A stretch of DNA of 64,000 nucleotides from NCBI GenBank assembly GCA_963664405.1, contig OY761158.1, positions 1,600,001-1,664,000 on the forward strand. The letters run 5' to 3'. Each line of letters starts with the position of its first letter. The stretch's first letter is position 1. Below the pieces are notes generated by a model, which did not search any database, was not told the DNA's origin, and saw nothing but the letters and a program-made list of their open reading frames with translations. The position numbers and the translations under genes were made by a program. Shown one piece after another: positions 1 through 10,109 of the stretch. This stretch comes from Thermoanaerobaculia bacterium (GTDB taxonomy: Bacteria; Acidobacteriota; Thermoanaerobaculia; Multivoradales; Multivoraceae).

Positions 1-1349
1 TCCTCTTCTTCTTCCCCGATCAGCACCGCCCCGACTGGATCGGCTACGGTCCCGACGCGCTGCCCATCTCGACTCCCAATCTGGCGCGTCTGGCGCGCAC
101 CGGAGTCAGCTTCAGCCGCGCCGGCGTCGCCTCTCCTGTGTGTGCTCCCTCTCGGGCCTGCCTAGCATCCGGGCGGGAGTACGACCGCTGCGGAGTGCGC
201 AAGAACGGCATCGTGTATCCACGGGATCGCTACACCTACTACAGTCTGCTGCGAGACGCCGGCTACCACACCATGGGCGTAGGCAAGCTCGATCTCGCGC
301 AGGGCACGATGGACTACGGCTCGACTCACGCCGACGCCTGGGGCTTCTCGGCGATGATCAACGGCGCCGGCAAGAGCGCCGGCATGCGCGCGTATCTCCG
401 CGAGCCGGTCGGCCCCAAGGGCCCCTACTACGAATATCTCGACTCTCTGCAGCCACCTCAAGGCCGCATCTGCGCCGACGACCTGGCCAAGCGCTACTCC
501 AACTTTCCCGACAGCTGGTGGGGCGACACTTATCCCTCGCCGCTGGACCACGAGCACTACAACGACAACTGGATTGCGCGCAATGGCCTCAAGCTTCTCG
601 AGGAGGCGCCCGCCGACAAGCCCTGGCATCTAGTCATCAACTTCGTCGGCCCCCACCCCTCGGTCGACATCACCCGCCAGATGGAGCGAACGGTGCGCGG
701 CCCTGACCGGGTCGTGGAGGGTCTGCCGACGCCTCACCACTACAAAGGTGCACTGAGCCCCGAAGAGCACGTCCGCACGCGTCAGAACTACACCGCCATG
801 ATCGAGAACATCGACGGCTGGCTCGGCCGTTATCTCGACATGCTCGAAGAGACCGGCCAGCTGGAGAACACGATCGTCGTCTACAGCTCAGATCACGGCG
901 AGATGCTGGGAGACCACGCCCGCTGGGGCAAGTCGGTGCCCTACCAGGCGTCCCTCGGCGTACCGCTGCTGGCGGCGGGTCCGGGAATCCGTGCCGGCGT
1001 CCAGAGCGACGCCCTCGCCAGCATCATGGATCTGGCCGCGACCTTTCTCGACTACGGTGGGGTCGACCGGCCCTCCGACATGGACAGCCGCTCGCTGCGT
1101 CCTCTGCTCGAAGGCCATACCGACAGGCACCGAGAGGTACTGCTCTCGGGTCTTTTGACAGGGGAAGGCGATTGGCGCCTGGCGTGGGACGGCCGCTACA
1201 AGCTGCTGCGAGACTTCGGCGAAGAGCAGTATCAACTCTTCGACCTCGAGGCCGACCCGCTCGAGACCCGCAATCTGGCCTCCCGCGAGCCGGGTCGTGC
1301 TCGAAGCCTGAGAGAGTGGTTACCGGAGGGTTTCGAGGAGCCAGCGTAG
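1..1349 (+). CDS. Sulfatase (choline-sulfatase-like), 5'-truncated by window edge
   Basis: Frame open from window start (LFFFPDQH); CAPSRA formylglycine motif, SDHGEMLGDH; close paralog of 43395..44867. Confidence 0.9.
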   Translation, partial: LFFFPDQHRPDWIGYGPDALPISTPNLARLARTGVSFSRAGVASPVCAPSRACLASGREYDRCGVRKNGIVYPRDRYTYYSLLRDAGYHTMGVGKLDLAQGTMDYGSTHADAWGFSAMINGAGKSAGMRAYLREPVGPKGPYYEYLDSLQPPQGRICADDLAKRYSNFPDSWWGDTYPSPLDHEHYNDNWIARNGLKLLEEAPADKPWHLVINFVGPHPSVDITRQMERTVRGPDRVVEGLPTPHHYKGALSPEEHVRTRQNYTAMIENIDGWLGRYLDMLEETGQLENTIVVYSSDHGEMLGDHARWGKSVPYQASLGVPLLAAGPGIRAGVQSDALASIMDLAATFLDYGGVDRPSDMDSRSLRPLLEGHTDRHREVLLSGLLTGEGDWRLAWDGRYKLLRDFGEEQYQLFDLEADPLETRNLASREPGRARSLREWLPEGFEEPA

Positions 1350-1384
1350 AGCGCGACGCCGTTCGCGGCTTCCGGCGGAATAGT

Positions 1385-1483
1385 CTAGGCTAGGAGTCCG
1401 CGCGGCAGGACTCCGGATGCGCCGTCCTCGGCGCCATGAGCAACTAGGCGGAGCAAATGATACTCATCATTTGTAGAGCCTAG
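1385..1483. repeat. Family B CTAG-punctuated repeat copy
   Basis: GCGCCGTCCTCGGCGCC module plus CTAG-..AAATGAT-nnn-ATCATTT..-CTAG hairpin; matches 45175..45240. Confidence 0.85.
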
Positions 1484-1881
1484 CGGGGCCTTATCTCGAC
1501 GAACCCTGCTGCGGCGAAATCGCCGTCGTAGGCGAGAGCCTCGGTCAATCGCAGACCCTCCATCAGGGCAAAGCTCGTCGCATCGACGAACGAGTACTCT
1601 CTTTCGTCGTGATGCAGCAGCCAACGCAGACCTCGTGCCTCCTGGTCAGGGGTGACCACGTCGACGCGGATTCTAGGCGAGCTCTCGAGCGAGTCGAGGA
1701 AAGCAACAGCAGAGCGATGATCTGCCTTCCTTCGCAGGTACGTCCAGGTCTCGCCACGAACGTGGTTGCTGGTGACGAAGCCCGAGCGTTCTCTCTGGCG
1801 GAGGATTGCAACAGCCTCTTGGTGGTGCCGGTCCCGCCGATTCCGAAGAGCCACGAAGAACGACGTGTCGATGAAGATCAC
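1480..1881 (-). CDS. VapC-family PIN toxin
   Basis: MIFIDTS, SFVDA and YDGDF PIN acidic motifs; 133 aa. Confidence 0.9.
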   Translation of the reverse strand: MIFIDTSFFVALRNRRDRHHQEAVAILRQRERSGFVTSNHVRGETWTYLRRKADHRSAVAFLDSLESSPRIRVDVVTPDQEARGLRWLLHHDEREYSFVDATSFALMEGLRLTEALAYDGDFAAAGFVEIRPR

Positions 1882-1967
1882 CGGTAGACCACTTCATCGA
1901 CCGACTCGGGCTCGAAATCGTCGGCGCCGATCATCTGGCCCAGCGGGTCAGCATCGAGCGGGGGCAG
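1878..1967 (-). pseudogene. C-terminal remnant of VapB-type antitoxin
   Basis: LPPLDADPLGQMIGADDFEPESVDEVVYR* ends in a GTGA overlap with the toxin start; N-terminal DNA-binding part absent. Confidence 0.65.
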
Positions 1968-2038
1968 GGCAGCCGCCCGTCCTCGGACGGGTGACGCGCG
2001 CCGTCCTCGGCGCCGATAACAAGTGACCGGAGGAGGTG

Positions 2039-4033
2039 CTACTCACCACCTCTGGAGGGAACCGCGTAGGCGATGAGCTCGGCCTTCTCGCGAACTCCCC
2101 CGCCGGAGATGACGATGTACTGTCGCCCCTTGTAGAGGTATGTCATCGGGGCGCTGTGCAGACTGCGGTCGACCTCTACCTCGGCCAGTAGCTTGCCTGT
2201 GACCTTGTCATAGGCGTGAAGAAAAGCGCCGCCCGGGACTCCGTCGGCGGGCCTCTTGCCGAGCTCGTCGAGCTTGGAGGCAAAGGTGATCAGCAGAGTC
2301 TTGGTGGTCAGCAGGCCGCCCTCGGTGACCGCGGCTGAAGACTGACTGCCTAGCGGACCCAGGTCGAGATGCTTGATCGCCGGGTGTCCGGTCGGACCCT
2401 CACCCAGAGGCGTCTGCCAGATCAGATCTCCGGTCTTGAGATCGATCGCCGAGATACGCTTGTAGGGCGGTTTGACCAGAGGCAGTCCCTGCGGACCTTC
2501 GAGCGGAACCCGGTCGAGCACATACTTCCAATCCGACCGCGCGGGATCGGGCTGGGTCAAAGCCAGCGCCGAAGGCCGGGTCATCGACTGCACGTAGAGG
2601 TAGCCGGTCTCGGGATCCGCGGAGCCACCCGGATGACTGGCACCCCCGCCGGCGCCGGGCACGAAGATCGTCCCCCTCTTCTCCCCTCCGCTCAGGATCA
2701 GCGGCGGGAACATCCCTCCGTACTCGTACTGTTCGAGAATCTCGAGGGCTTCCTGCCTCAGCTCAGGAGTGAAGTCGATGAGGTCGTCCTCGGTCAATCC
2801 CTGGCGGTCGAAGGGCGGCGGCTTGGTCGGAAAGGGCTGCGTGCGAGCCAGCTTCTCGCCTGGAACCGTAGTGTGCCAGTTGACCGGACGCTCTTCGATC
2901 GGCCACAGAGGCTCCCCCGTGGCTCGATCGAAGACATAAGTGAAGGCCGTCTTCGATACCTGCGCCACCGCCTTGACCAGCCGGCCATCGACAACGACGT
3001 CGAGCAGGATCGGAGCCGACGCGATGTCGTAGTCCCAGATTCCGTGGTGCACGGTCTGAAAGTGCCAGACGCGCTCCCCGGTCTCCACGTCGACACAGAC
3101 CAGGCTCTCGGCGTAGACGTTGTCACCATGGCGCTGGCCGCCGTAGTAGTCGTTGGTCGGAGTGCTGGTACCGAAGTAGACGTAGCCCAGCTCTTCATCG
3201 CCACTCAGCGCAGCCCACACATTGGTGTTGCCCGTCAGCTTCCAGGAATCGTTCTCCCAGGTCTCGACGAAGTCCTCTCCCTCCTGGGGGATGGTGTGGA
3301 AGCGCCATCTGAGCTTACCGGTGCGCACATCGTAGGCGCGCACATGACCAGGCGGGTTGCGGTTACGTAGAGGGAAGTCCCAGATTCTCGAGCCGACGAC
3401 GTAGGTATCACCGACCACGATCCCCGGCTGACCGTGGCTGATGCTACGAATAGTGGTGCCCTCGCGCCCCAGATCGCGCGATAGATCGACGATGCCATCC
3501 TCACCGAAAGCCGGATCGGGTCGTCCGGTCTGGGGATCGATCGACACCAGCTGCCTGCCAATGCTGGCGAGGAAAATGCGCTCGATTCCACCGGCCTGGC
3601 CGGCCTTGCCGTCGGTCCAATATTCGAGTCCACGGGTGTAGACGTTGGTCTGCGTAGGCCTACCGATCGCGTAGCTCTTCGGGTCGTAGACCCAGAGCTC
3701 CTCGCCGGTTGCCGCATCGAGAGCCGCAACCTGGCTGAGCTCGGTGGGCACGTAGATGCGGCCCCCGACCATCAGAGGGGTGGCACGCCAGGGTCGCCGC
3801 TCATAGGGAGACACATGGTCGATGCGCTTGTCGGCGGACTCCCAGCGCCACGCCACCTCGAGCCGTGAGAAGTTCTCTGCGTCGATCTGGCTCAGCGGCG
3901 AATAGCGCGCAGAGCTCTTGTCGCGACCATGGTGACGCCACTCGACATCGGGCTCGGCGCCGAAGCAGACAGCGGGTACACAGAGACCTAACGCCAAGAC
4001 AAAGAATCGCGTCCAAAATCTGCACTTCTCCAC
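2039..4033 (-). CDS. Secreted PQQ-dependent dehydrogenase (glucose/quinate dehydrogenase-like)
   Basis: Signal peptide; RYSPLSQI, WHFQTVHHGIWDYD, TQPFPTKPPPF, PMTY..GRQY. Confidence 0.9.
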   Translation of the reverse strand: MEKCRFWTRFFVLALGLCVPAVCFGAEPDVEWRHHGRDKSSARYSPLSQIDAENFSRLEVAWRWESADKRIDHVSPYERRPWRATPLMVGGRIYVPTELSQVAALDAATGEELWVYDPKSYAIGRPTQTNVYTRGLEYWTDGKAGQAGGIERIFLASIGRQLVSIDPQTGRPDPAFGEDGIVDLSRDLGREGTTIRSISHGQPGIVVGDTYVVGSRIWDFPLRNRNPPGHVRAYDVRTGKLRWRFHTIPQEGEDFVETWENDSWKLTGNTNVWAALSGDEELGYVYFGTSTPTNDYYGGQRHGDNVYAESLVCVDVETGERVWHFQTVHHGIWDYDIASAPILLDVVVDGRLVKAVAQVSKTAFTYVFDRATGEPLWPIEERPVNWHTTVPGEKLARTQPFPTKPPPFDRQGLTEDDLIDFTPELRQEALEILEQYEYGGMFPPLILSGGEKRGTIFVPGAGGGASHPGGSADPETGYLYVQSMTRPSALALTQPDPARSDWKYVLDRVPLEGPQGLPLVKPPYKRISAIDLKTGDLIWQTPLGEGPTGHPAIKHLDLGPLGSQSSAAVTEGGLLTTKTLLITFASKLDELGKRPADGVPGGAFLHAYDKVTGKLLAEVEVDRSLHSAPMTYLYKGRQYIVISGGGVREKAELIAYAVPSRGGE

Positions 4034-4087
4034 GGTTTTCTCCTGCGATACCCCGATGAGGGACGGAGCCCCTAAGAGACGGGGTGT

Positions 4088-4139
4088 AAAGTACCAAAGT
4101 ACTAAAGTACTAAAGTACTAAAGTACCAAAGTACCAAAG
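4088..4139. repeat. Tandem 8-bp repeat AAAGTAC(C/T) x6 plus partial unit
   Basis: Read directly; lies in the divergent intergenic region. Confidence 0.95.
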
Positions 4140-4199
4140 CGCCTTCCATCGGCACTGGGCGCGCGTCATCTACACCTCGAGTGCCAAAAGGAGTCAGCC

Positions 4200-5288
4200 A
4201 TGCAGATGAGAGCCCTCTCTGTCGGTTTCAGTCTCGCTCTGGCCTTCGCATTCATGGGTCTGCCCAGCTCGGGTGCCGAGAACGACATCCCGAGGACAGC
4301 GAACGGAAAGCCGGATCTATCGGGAACCTATGACATCGGCAGCTTGACTCCGCTGCAGCGCGACGAGAAATACGGCGAGAGCGTCTATACCACCGCCGCG
4401 GAGACCCGGAAGCTCGAAGAAGCCGCGATCGCAGCACAGGCCGAGGACGATGCCTCGAGGGCGACAAATCGCGTCGCACCCCCAAGCATCAAGGACGAAG
4501 AATTCAAGAGCATCGGTGCTTACAACCGATTCTGGTTCGACCGGGGCACCACGACCTTCGCCGTCGACGGCAAGTACCGCACCTCGATCCTCACCGATCC
4601 GGCCGACGGCCGGCTGCCTCCGGTCAGCGAGCTCGGCAAGGAGCTACGAGCGGGGGCACCCCTCTTCTCGTACAAGAACACGGGCCTGGCGTGGTGGATG
4701 GAGACCGGCGAAGCCCCCTACGACGGGCCGGAGACCCAAACGCTCGGGACCCGCTGCCTCTTCGCCGGAGGCCCGTCGGTGCCGATGAGGCCGAGTGCCT
4801 ACAACAACGTCAAGACCATCACCCAAACCGACACCCACGTCTCGATCCTGGTCGAATGGATGCACTGGAATCGCATCGTCCGCCTTAACTCCGAGCACCT
4901 GCCTCCCGAGATTCGCTCTTTCGGAGGCGATTCGATCGGATGGTGGGAGGGGGACACCCTGGTGGTGGAGACCACCAACTTTCGGCTGCCACCGCCGGCC
5001 CCCTGGGCCCAGGAGCTCCTAGCCGCCCAGGACTCTGCCAGCCAGGAGATGCGCGTCGTGGAGCGCTTCACGCCGATCGACGGGGACACCCTGCACTACG
5101 AGTTCACGGTCGATGATCCCGGTTACACGGCACCCTACACCGGCTCGCTACCGTTCCCGCGCACCGACGCCAAGCTCTTCGAGTATGCCTGCCACGAAGG
5201 AAACTACTCGATGGGCAACATGATGCGGGGTGCGCGCCAGCTGGAGGAAGAATGGCGCGCGGAACGCACCTCCTCGCAACAGCCGTAG
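4200..5288 (+). CDS. Uncharacterised secreted 'ACHEGN' protein, copy 1
   Basis: Signal peptide, GKPDLSG, GDSIGWWEGDTLVV, FEYACHEGNY; four paralogs in window. Confidence 0.85.
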   Translation: MQMRALSVGFSLALAFAFMGLPSSGAENDIPRTANGKPDLSGTYDIGSLTPLQRDEKYGESVYTTAAETRKLEEAAIAAQAEDDASRATNRVAPPSIKDEEFKSIGAYNRFWFDRGTTTFAVDGKYRTSILTDPADGRLPPVSELGKELRAGAPLFSYKNTGLAWWMETGEAPYDGPETQTLGTRCLFAGGPSVPMRPSAYNNVKTITQTDTHVSILVEWMHWNRIVRLNSEHLPPEIRSFGGDSIGWWEGDTLVVETTNFRLPPPAPWAQELLAAQDSASQEMRVVERFTPIDGDTLHYEFTVDDPGYTAPYTGSLPFPRTDAKLFEYACHEGNYSMGNMMRGARQLEEEWRAERTSSQQP

Positions 5289-5374
5289 CACTCGGATCCG
5301 ATAGAAGATCCACCCAGTGTCTCTCTACCGCCTACCCGCGTCGCCTCACACGAGTATGGTAGTATTCCCTCAGT

Positions 5375-5668
5375 ATGGCACACGCCAAGGCGACCTTCAC
5401 GCTGGATCGAGCAACTGTCGATCGACTTCGCCGCACTGCCGAGAGGCTTGGTCGACCCAAGAGTGAAGTCGTTCGCCTCGCGATTCACGACTACAGCGAC
5501 CGCGTTGGCCGCCTGAGCGAGCGCGAGAGGCTACAGAAGCTACGCGCCATAGATAGACTGGTAGCCCGGATCCCATCCCGACCCCAGGCTGACGTTGACG
5601 CCGAGATCGCAGTGATCCGCAAAGCTCGTCGAAGCGGCGGTCGGAAGGGCCCGAGCGAGGCCCGATGA
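5375..5668 (+). CDS. Ribbon-helix-helix (CopG-like) antitoxin
   Basis: KATFTLD...KSEVVRLAI; ATGA overlap with PIN gene. Confidence 0.8.
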   Translation: MAHAKATFTLDRATVDRLRRTAERLGRPKSEVVRLAIHDYSDRVGRLSERERLQKLRAIDRLVARIPSRPQADVDAEIAVIRKARRSGGRKGPSEAR

Positions 5669-6048
5669 TCGTCCTCGACACCTCGGTGTTGATCGACGCT
5701 CTGACCGGCCCCTGCCGGGCGACTCCCTATCTACGGGCTGCCTTCGCCGCCGGCGAGCGCATTGTCCTCCCCTCTCTCGTTCTCTACGAATGGCTGCGCG
5801 GGCCACGCCATGCCGAAGAGCTCGAGGCGCAGGAAGAGCTCTTCCCTCGCAGCGAGGGTCTCGCGTTCGGAAGCGAAGAAGCTGCGCTGGCTGCCGAGCT
5901 CTATTCAACCGTCAAACGCCCACGCGGTCGTGAGATCGATTTGGCGATCGCCGCCACGACGATTCGCAACGTCGCGCAACTGTGGACCGCCAACCTGGCG
6001 GACTTTCGCGACATTCCCGGACTCGATCTCTACACGCCTACCCACTGA
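5665..6048 (+). CDS. VapC-family PIN toxin
   Basis: MIVLDTSVLID, IDLAIAA, TANLADF. Confidence 0.9.
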   Translation: MIVLDTSVLIDALTGPCRATPYLRAAFAAGERIVLPSLVLYEWLRGPRHAEELEAQEELFPRSEGLAFGSEEAALAAELYSTVKRPRGREIDLAIAATTIRNVAQLWTANLADFRDIPGLDLYTPTH

Positions 6049-6092
6049 CCGCCTATCGCGCTTCGGGGAGAAAAGCGCCACGCGCGCGGCCG

Positions 6093-7511
6093 CTAGCGCT
6101 CTCGGAGTGAGTACAGTCGAGTCTTGGTCCGCATCAGAAGGCGATCACCCACCAAAGCCGGCGAGGCCAGCACCATCTCGTCGAGCGGGTTGGCATGCAG
6201 CTGCTCCATCTCGTCTCCGGTGCCGAAGACGAAGGTCGTACCTTCCTCGTCGGTCGCGAAGATCCTGCCGCGGTAGGCCCACGGTGAGGCGGTAAAGGCT
6301 CGAGCCGAGTCTTGGATGCGCGCTTTGAAGACCTGCTCTCCGGTAGTAGCGTCATAGCGGGCGAAGAAACCCCGATCGTAGACCACCCATAATGAGCCCC
6401 GATAGGCCACCGGAGTCGGAAGATAGGTACCGGCAGCGGGGTCGTACCAACGAACCGACTCACTACTGCGCGCACCCTCGGGCAGCGTCAGATCGCCGGA
6501 AGCGCCGGACTCGATCGAAGTGATCGGCCGGAAGCTGTCACCATGAACCCCCGAGGTCACGAAGAGCTTCCCTTGGTAGGCAAATGGGGTCGGCACCGGA
6601 AACCGCGACTGATTGGACATTCGCCACAGCTCTCGGCCGCTGGTGTCGTAGCTCAAGACCGTGCTCGGACCCAAGGCGATGATCTCGGTACGGTCCGCGG
6701 TCCGCCAAACGAAGGGCGTGGTCCACCCGGTCTTGCTTCCCTGGGCACCCGGCATGGTGTCGCGGGCGGTCCGCCACCGCTCACGGCCATCCGCTTTAGC
6801 GAACGCCGCGATGAACTGATGCTCCTGATTGTCATTGACGATCACGACCTCGTCGTCGGTGAGCGCCGGCGAGCCTCCGGTGCCGAAGTCGAGAAAGATC
6901 TGAAAAGAGTCGAGCTCTCTGTGCCAACGCAGCTCGCCGGCGAGAGAGACGGCCCACAGACCCAGATTGGCGACGTAGACGAAGATCGTCTCACCGTCGG
7001 TGACCGGTGTTTCCGAGGCGAACGAGTTCTTGGCGTGGCGACCGCCCGGGGGCGGGCCGCGAAAGAGCGTGTGGCGCCAGAGCTCTTGACCGCCTTCGAG
7101 GGCATAGGCGATCAGAAGGTACTCGAGCTCGACCTCCCGGGGAAACTCGATGTAGCGCTCGTTGTGCTTCTCGATGACCTCGGCGCCCGGTAGGCCCTGC
7201 TCTCTCAGCTCGGCGATGTAGTCGTTGCTGAAGTCGGTGCCCATCTCGGGCGGCTTAGCCGCGGTCGACCCGGTGGCCGTAGTCACCCATACCCTGCCAT
7301 CGGCAACAATAGGCGAAGACCAGCCCGCGCCGGGAACCTCGACGACCCATTCCACGTTCTCCGTCGTGGACCAGTGCAGTGGGAGCCGCTCGTTGTCGGA
7401 TACCGGAACCCCTCCGGGACCCCGGAAGCCGGGCCAGGGTGGCTCGGAAGCCGCGGCCACCAGCGGCAGCGCCAAGAAGAGAGCCGGCGTGGCTCTCATC
7501 CAGGAGGTCAC
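6093..7511 (-). CDS. PQQ-binding-like beta-propeller protein (BamB-like repeats)
   Basis: Signal peptide, WPGFRGP, repeated SSP/TP...G.ELW blades. Confidence 0.8.
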   Translation of the reverse strand: MTSWMRATPALFLALPLVAAASEPPWPGFRGPGGVPVSDNERLPLHWSTTENVEWVVEVPGAGWSSPIVADGRVWVTTATGSTAAKPPEMGTDFSNDYIAELREQGLPGAEVIEKHNERYIEFPREVELEYLLIAYALEGGQELWRHTLFRGPPPGGRHAKNSFASETPVTDGETIFVYVANLGLWAVSLAGELRWHRELDSFQIFLDFGTGGSPALTDDEVVIVNDNQEHQFIAAFAKADGRERWRTARDTMPGAQGSKTGWTTPFVWRTADRTEIIALGPSTVLSYDTSGRELWRMSNQSRFPVPTPFAYQGKLFVTSGVHGDSFRPITSIESGASGDLTLPEGARSSESVRWYDPAAGTYLPTPVAYRGSLWVVYDRGFFARYDATTGEQVFKARIQDSARAFTASPWAYRGRIFATDEEGTTFVFGTGDEMEQLHANPLDEMVLASPALVGDRLLMRTKTRLYSLRER

Positions 7512-8338
7512 GCGACGTCTCGAAAGAAGACCCGAATCCCTGCCTCGTCGACCCAGGAATTCCCGGCCTTGCCCCGCACGAGGCTCGTGCCCAAGTCGCC
7601 GACGGCCGCCTCCAAGAGCTCCCGACTCCGCCCCACGACATCGAAGGCGGCAACCCCGTCGCCACGACCATTCTCGTCGTCGACGAAGCGAATCACGCCG
7701 CGTTTCTTACCGCGAGCACCCGCGCCAGGAACCGAAGCATCGAGATCGATGTACCACGCGGCCCGATCATCCGGCGTCTGCCCCTCGGCCGCCGGCGCAC
7801 CCAGAAGCTCACTCCAGCGCGCAGCCATTGCCGCCCGGTCGGACGACTGCAGCTCCACCCCACAGATCTGAGACAAGAACGAAGAGTCGTGGTCCTGCCA
7901 TCCCGGCCCCGCCCAGGTCCACGCGTCCGTCGGCCGCGCCTCGTCGACCGAAAGGATGGCGCCGCCACAATCCCGCGGATGGACATGAAGCCCTTCCGTC
8001 GTCTCACCCGAGCTTCCCGCGCCCTTGGCGTTCCAGACGATCCGCGCACCGACTTTTTCGATCCGCGATCTTGCAGCGTCCAGGTCAGGGACCTGCAGAA
8101 TCACCATGTAGCCGCCGTCGCCGCCACGTCGTTCGAGATAGCGCCCAGCTGTCGTGTTCTCCTGCACCGGAGAAACCACCTCGAGAAAAGTATCGCCGAT
8201 CGCCGCGACCCAATTGTCGAGCCCGAACTTGATGATGCCGGGATCGTGGTACCCGTAATCGATGCCGAGCAACTTGGCGAGGCGCCCGGTGGTGGCCTCG
8301 AGGTCTTCGGCAACAAGAGCTACCTGCCGTAATCGCAT
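7508..8338 (-). CDS. VOC/glyoxalase-like protein
   Basis: LRQVALVA, FLEVVSP, RRGGDGGYMVILQ, HPRD. Confidence 0.75.
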   Translation of the reverse strand: MRLRQVALVAEDLEATTGRLAKLLGIDYGYHDPGIIKFGLDNWVAAIGDTFLEVVSPVQENTTAGRYLERRGGDGGYMVILQVPDLDAARSRIEKVGARIVWNAKGAGSSGETTEGLHVHPRDCGGAILSVDEARPTDAWTWAGPGWQDHDSSFLSQICGVELQSSDRAAMAARWSELLGAPAAEGQTPDDRAAWYIDLDASVPGAGARGKKRGVIRFVDDENGRGDGVAAFDVVGRSRELLEAAVGDLGTSLVRGKAGNSWVDEAGIRVFFRDVA

Positions 8339-8399
8339 CCTGTTCTCCTAGTCGAGACATCGAGAAGCTCCCCGGTGTTCTCGGTGAGCATGTTACAAG

Positions 8400-8562
8400 C
8401 TGAGCGAGGTGCCTCAAACGCTGGACCTGGGTCGGCACAAGCGAAGAGGGTCTCGACGGCGTCGACGCCGCCGCGCGGAGGCAGTCGATCTCCCAGCGCG
8501 TTGCCGTGACAGGCATTGATGTGCTCGAATCGATCGAGATCGAGGCGCAGCAGACTCGACAT
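8400..8562 (-). pseudogene. Possible GGDEF-domain relic
   Basis: LDLDRFEHINACHGNALGDRL resembles LDLDRFKxIND..GH..GDxLL. Confidence 0.4.
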
Positions 8563-8601
8563 CTCCCCTAGCGAGCCCGCCAGACGACCGGAGTAGAGAC
8601 C

Positions 8602-9732
8602 ATGTCAGACCCCTTTCTCCGCGATCTCCGAGTCGTTGCCCTCGAGCAGGCGGTCGCGGCGCCGCTGTGCAGCCGACGCCTAGCCCAGGCCGGCGCGGAT
8701 GTGATCAAGATCGAGCGTCCGGAAGGCGACTTCGCCCGCTTCTACGACACCGCGGTCCACGGAGAGAGTGCCTATTTCGTATGGCTGAACTACGGCAAGC
8801 GCTCGGTCGTCCTCGACTTCAGAACCGCCCAGGGGCTCGACGACCTTAAGGGGCTGATCCGTACCGCGGACGTCTTCATCCAGAACCTCAAGCCCGGGGC
8901 GCTGGCCCGAGCCGGTGTCGACCTCGAAGCCCTACGGGAAGCCAACCCGCGCCTCATCACCTGCACTGTGGCGGGATATGGAAGCACGGGGCCGAGTGCA
9001 AACAAGAAAGCCTACGATCTCTTGATCCAGGCCGAGACCGGACTCTCCGCCATCACCGGTAGCCCACACGCTCCGGGGCGAGTAGGGGTATCGGTCTGCG
9101 ATATCGCGACGGGGATGTTCGCGTACGAAGCCATCCTCGGTGCCCTGCTCCAGCGCGTCACGACCGAAAGAGGGGAAGCGATCGAGGTCACTCTCTTCGA
9201 CGCGATGGCGGAGTGGATGGCTGTGCCTTATCTACTCGAGCGCTACGGCGGCACGGCACCTCAGCGCGTTGGACTCGCCCATCCGGGTATCGCCCCCTAC
9301 GGAGTGTTCCGCAGCGCCGACGATGTGGCCTTCGTGCTCGCGATTCAAAACGAGAGGGAGTGGAAAAGTCTGTGTGAAGCGGTCTTGAAGGACGCAGACT
9401 TCGCGACCGCCCCGCGATGCTCTTCGAATGAGCTGCGAGTGACGAACCGTGACTTCATCGACAGCACAGTGCAAACCGAGGTTGGAAAGCTGGTCTACGA
9501 GCCGTTGAGCGCGCTGCTGACCACCGCCGATATCGCCCATGCACCGGTGAACGAGGTCGGCGCGCTGAAGCACCATCCGGACTTCGCGACCGACCCCATC
9601 CTCGTCAACGGAGCGAAAGTGGAGCTGCCACACACTCCTGGGCATGCCCCCAACCCGAACCCGCCCTCGGTGCCGAGGCTCGGCGAGCACACCGCCGCCG
9701 TTCTGCGGGAGCTCGCTGAGCTTCTGGCATGA
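8602..9732 (+). CDS. Family III CoA-transferase (CaiB/BaiF)
   Basis: EQAVAAP, GADVIKIERPEGD, NYGKRS, YDLLIQAETG. Confidence 0.92.
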   Translation: MSDPFLRDLRVVALEQAVAAPLCSRRLAQAGADVIKIERPEGDFARFYDTAVHGESAYFVWLNYGKRSVVLDFRTAQGLDDLKGLIRTADVFIQNLKPGALARAGVDLEALREANPRLITCTVAGYGSTGPSANKKAYDLLIQAETGLSAITGSPHAPGRVGVSVCDIATGMFAYEAILGALLQRVTTERGEAIEVTLFDAMAEWMAVPYLLERYGGTAPQRVGLAHPGIAPYGVFRSADDVAFVLAIQNEREWKSLCEAVLKDADFATAPRCSSNELRVTNRDFIDSTVQTEVGKLVYEPLSALLTTADIAHAPVNEVGALKHHPDFATDPILVNGAKVELPHTPGHAPNPNPPSVPRLGEHTAAVLRELAELLA

Positions 9733-9740
9733 GCCGTCTA

Positions 9741-9906
9741 CTAGACCAGCGTTTCCAAAGTTCGTGCTGCATAGCTCGAGCTCATTCTGTTCGCTGGCTA
9801 GGCGCGCCGACGCAGGCATATTGGGCAATATGTCGAGGAGGCGCAACGCCGGCAGCGGGCAGAAGGGGCCGAGATATGTGCGCGAACTTTGGAAACGCTG
9901 GTCTAG
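9741..9906. mobile_element. Family A palindromic element copy 1 (166 bp, CTAG at both ends)
   Basis: 24-bp terminal inverted repeat CTAGACCAGCGTTTCCAAAGTTCG; right CTAG supplies the stop of 9903..10109. Confidence 0.92.
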
Positions 9907-10109
9907 AGCTCGAAGGGCTCACCCCGAGTCGTTCCGCGAGCTCGAAGCGCCTCGTAGGTACCCTGTCCCGCGGCACGAGACGCAGCGAGCACCTGCTCCA
10001 AGGATTCGCTTTGCTGGCGAAGGTCGCGTAGACGGGCCACGTCGACTTCGTCAGTGGGCACATCGCTGTCGAGGTCGAGGGGCTCAGAGGCTACGGTGAA
10101 TCTCTTCAT
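9903..10109 (-). CDS. Small protein coupled to nucleotidyltransferase gene
   Basis: 68 aa; overlaps the 3' end of the upstream NTase gene. Confidence 0.55.
   Translation of the reverse strand: MKRFTVASEPLDLDSDVPTDEVDVARLRDLRQQSESLEQVLAASRAAGQGTYEALRARGTTRGEPFEL

Noticed and set aside
9644-10099. Short ORFs with RPAFPKF/LDQRFQSS peptides as a standalone gene family (also 26687..27382, 41886..42218)
   Set aside because: They are translations of the family A repeat
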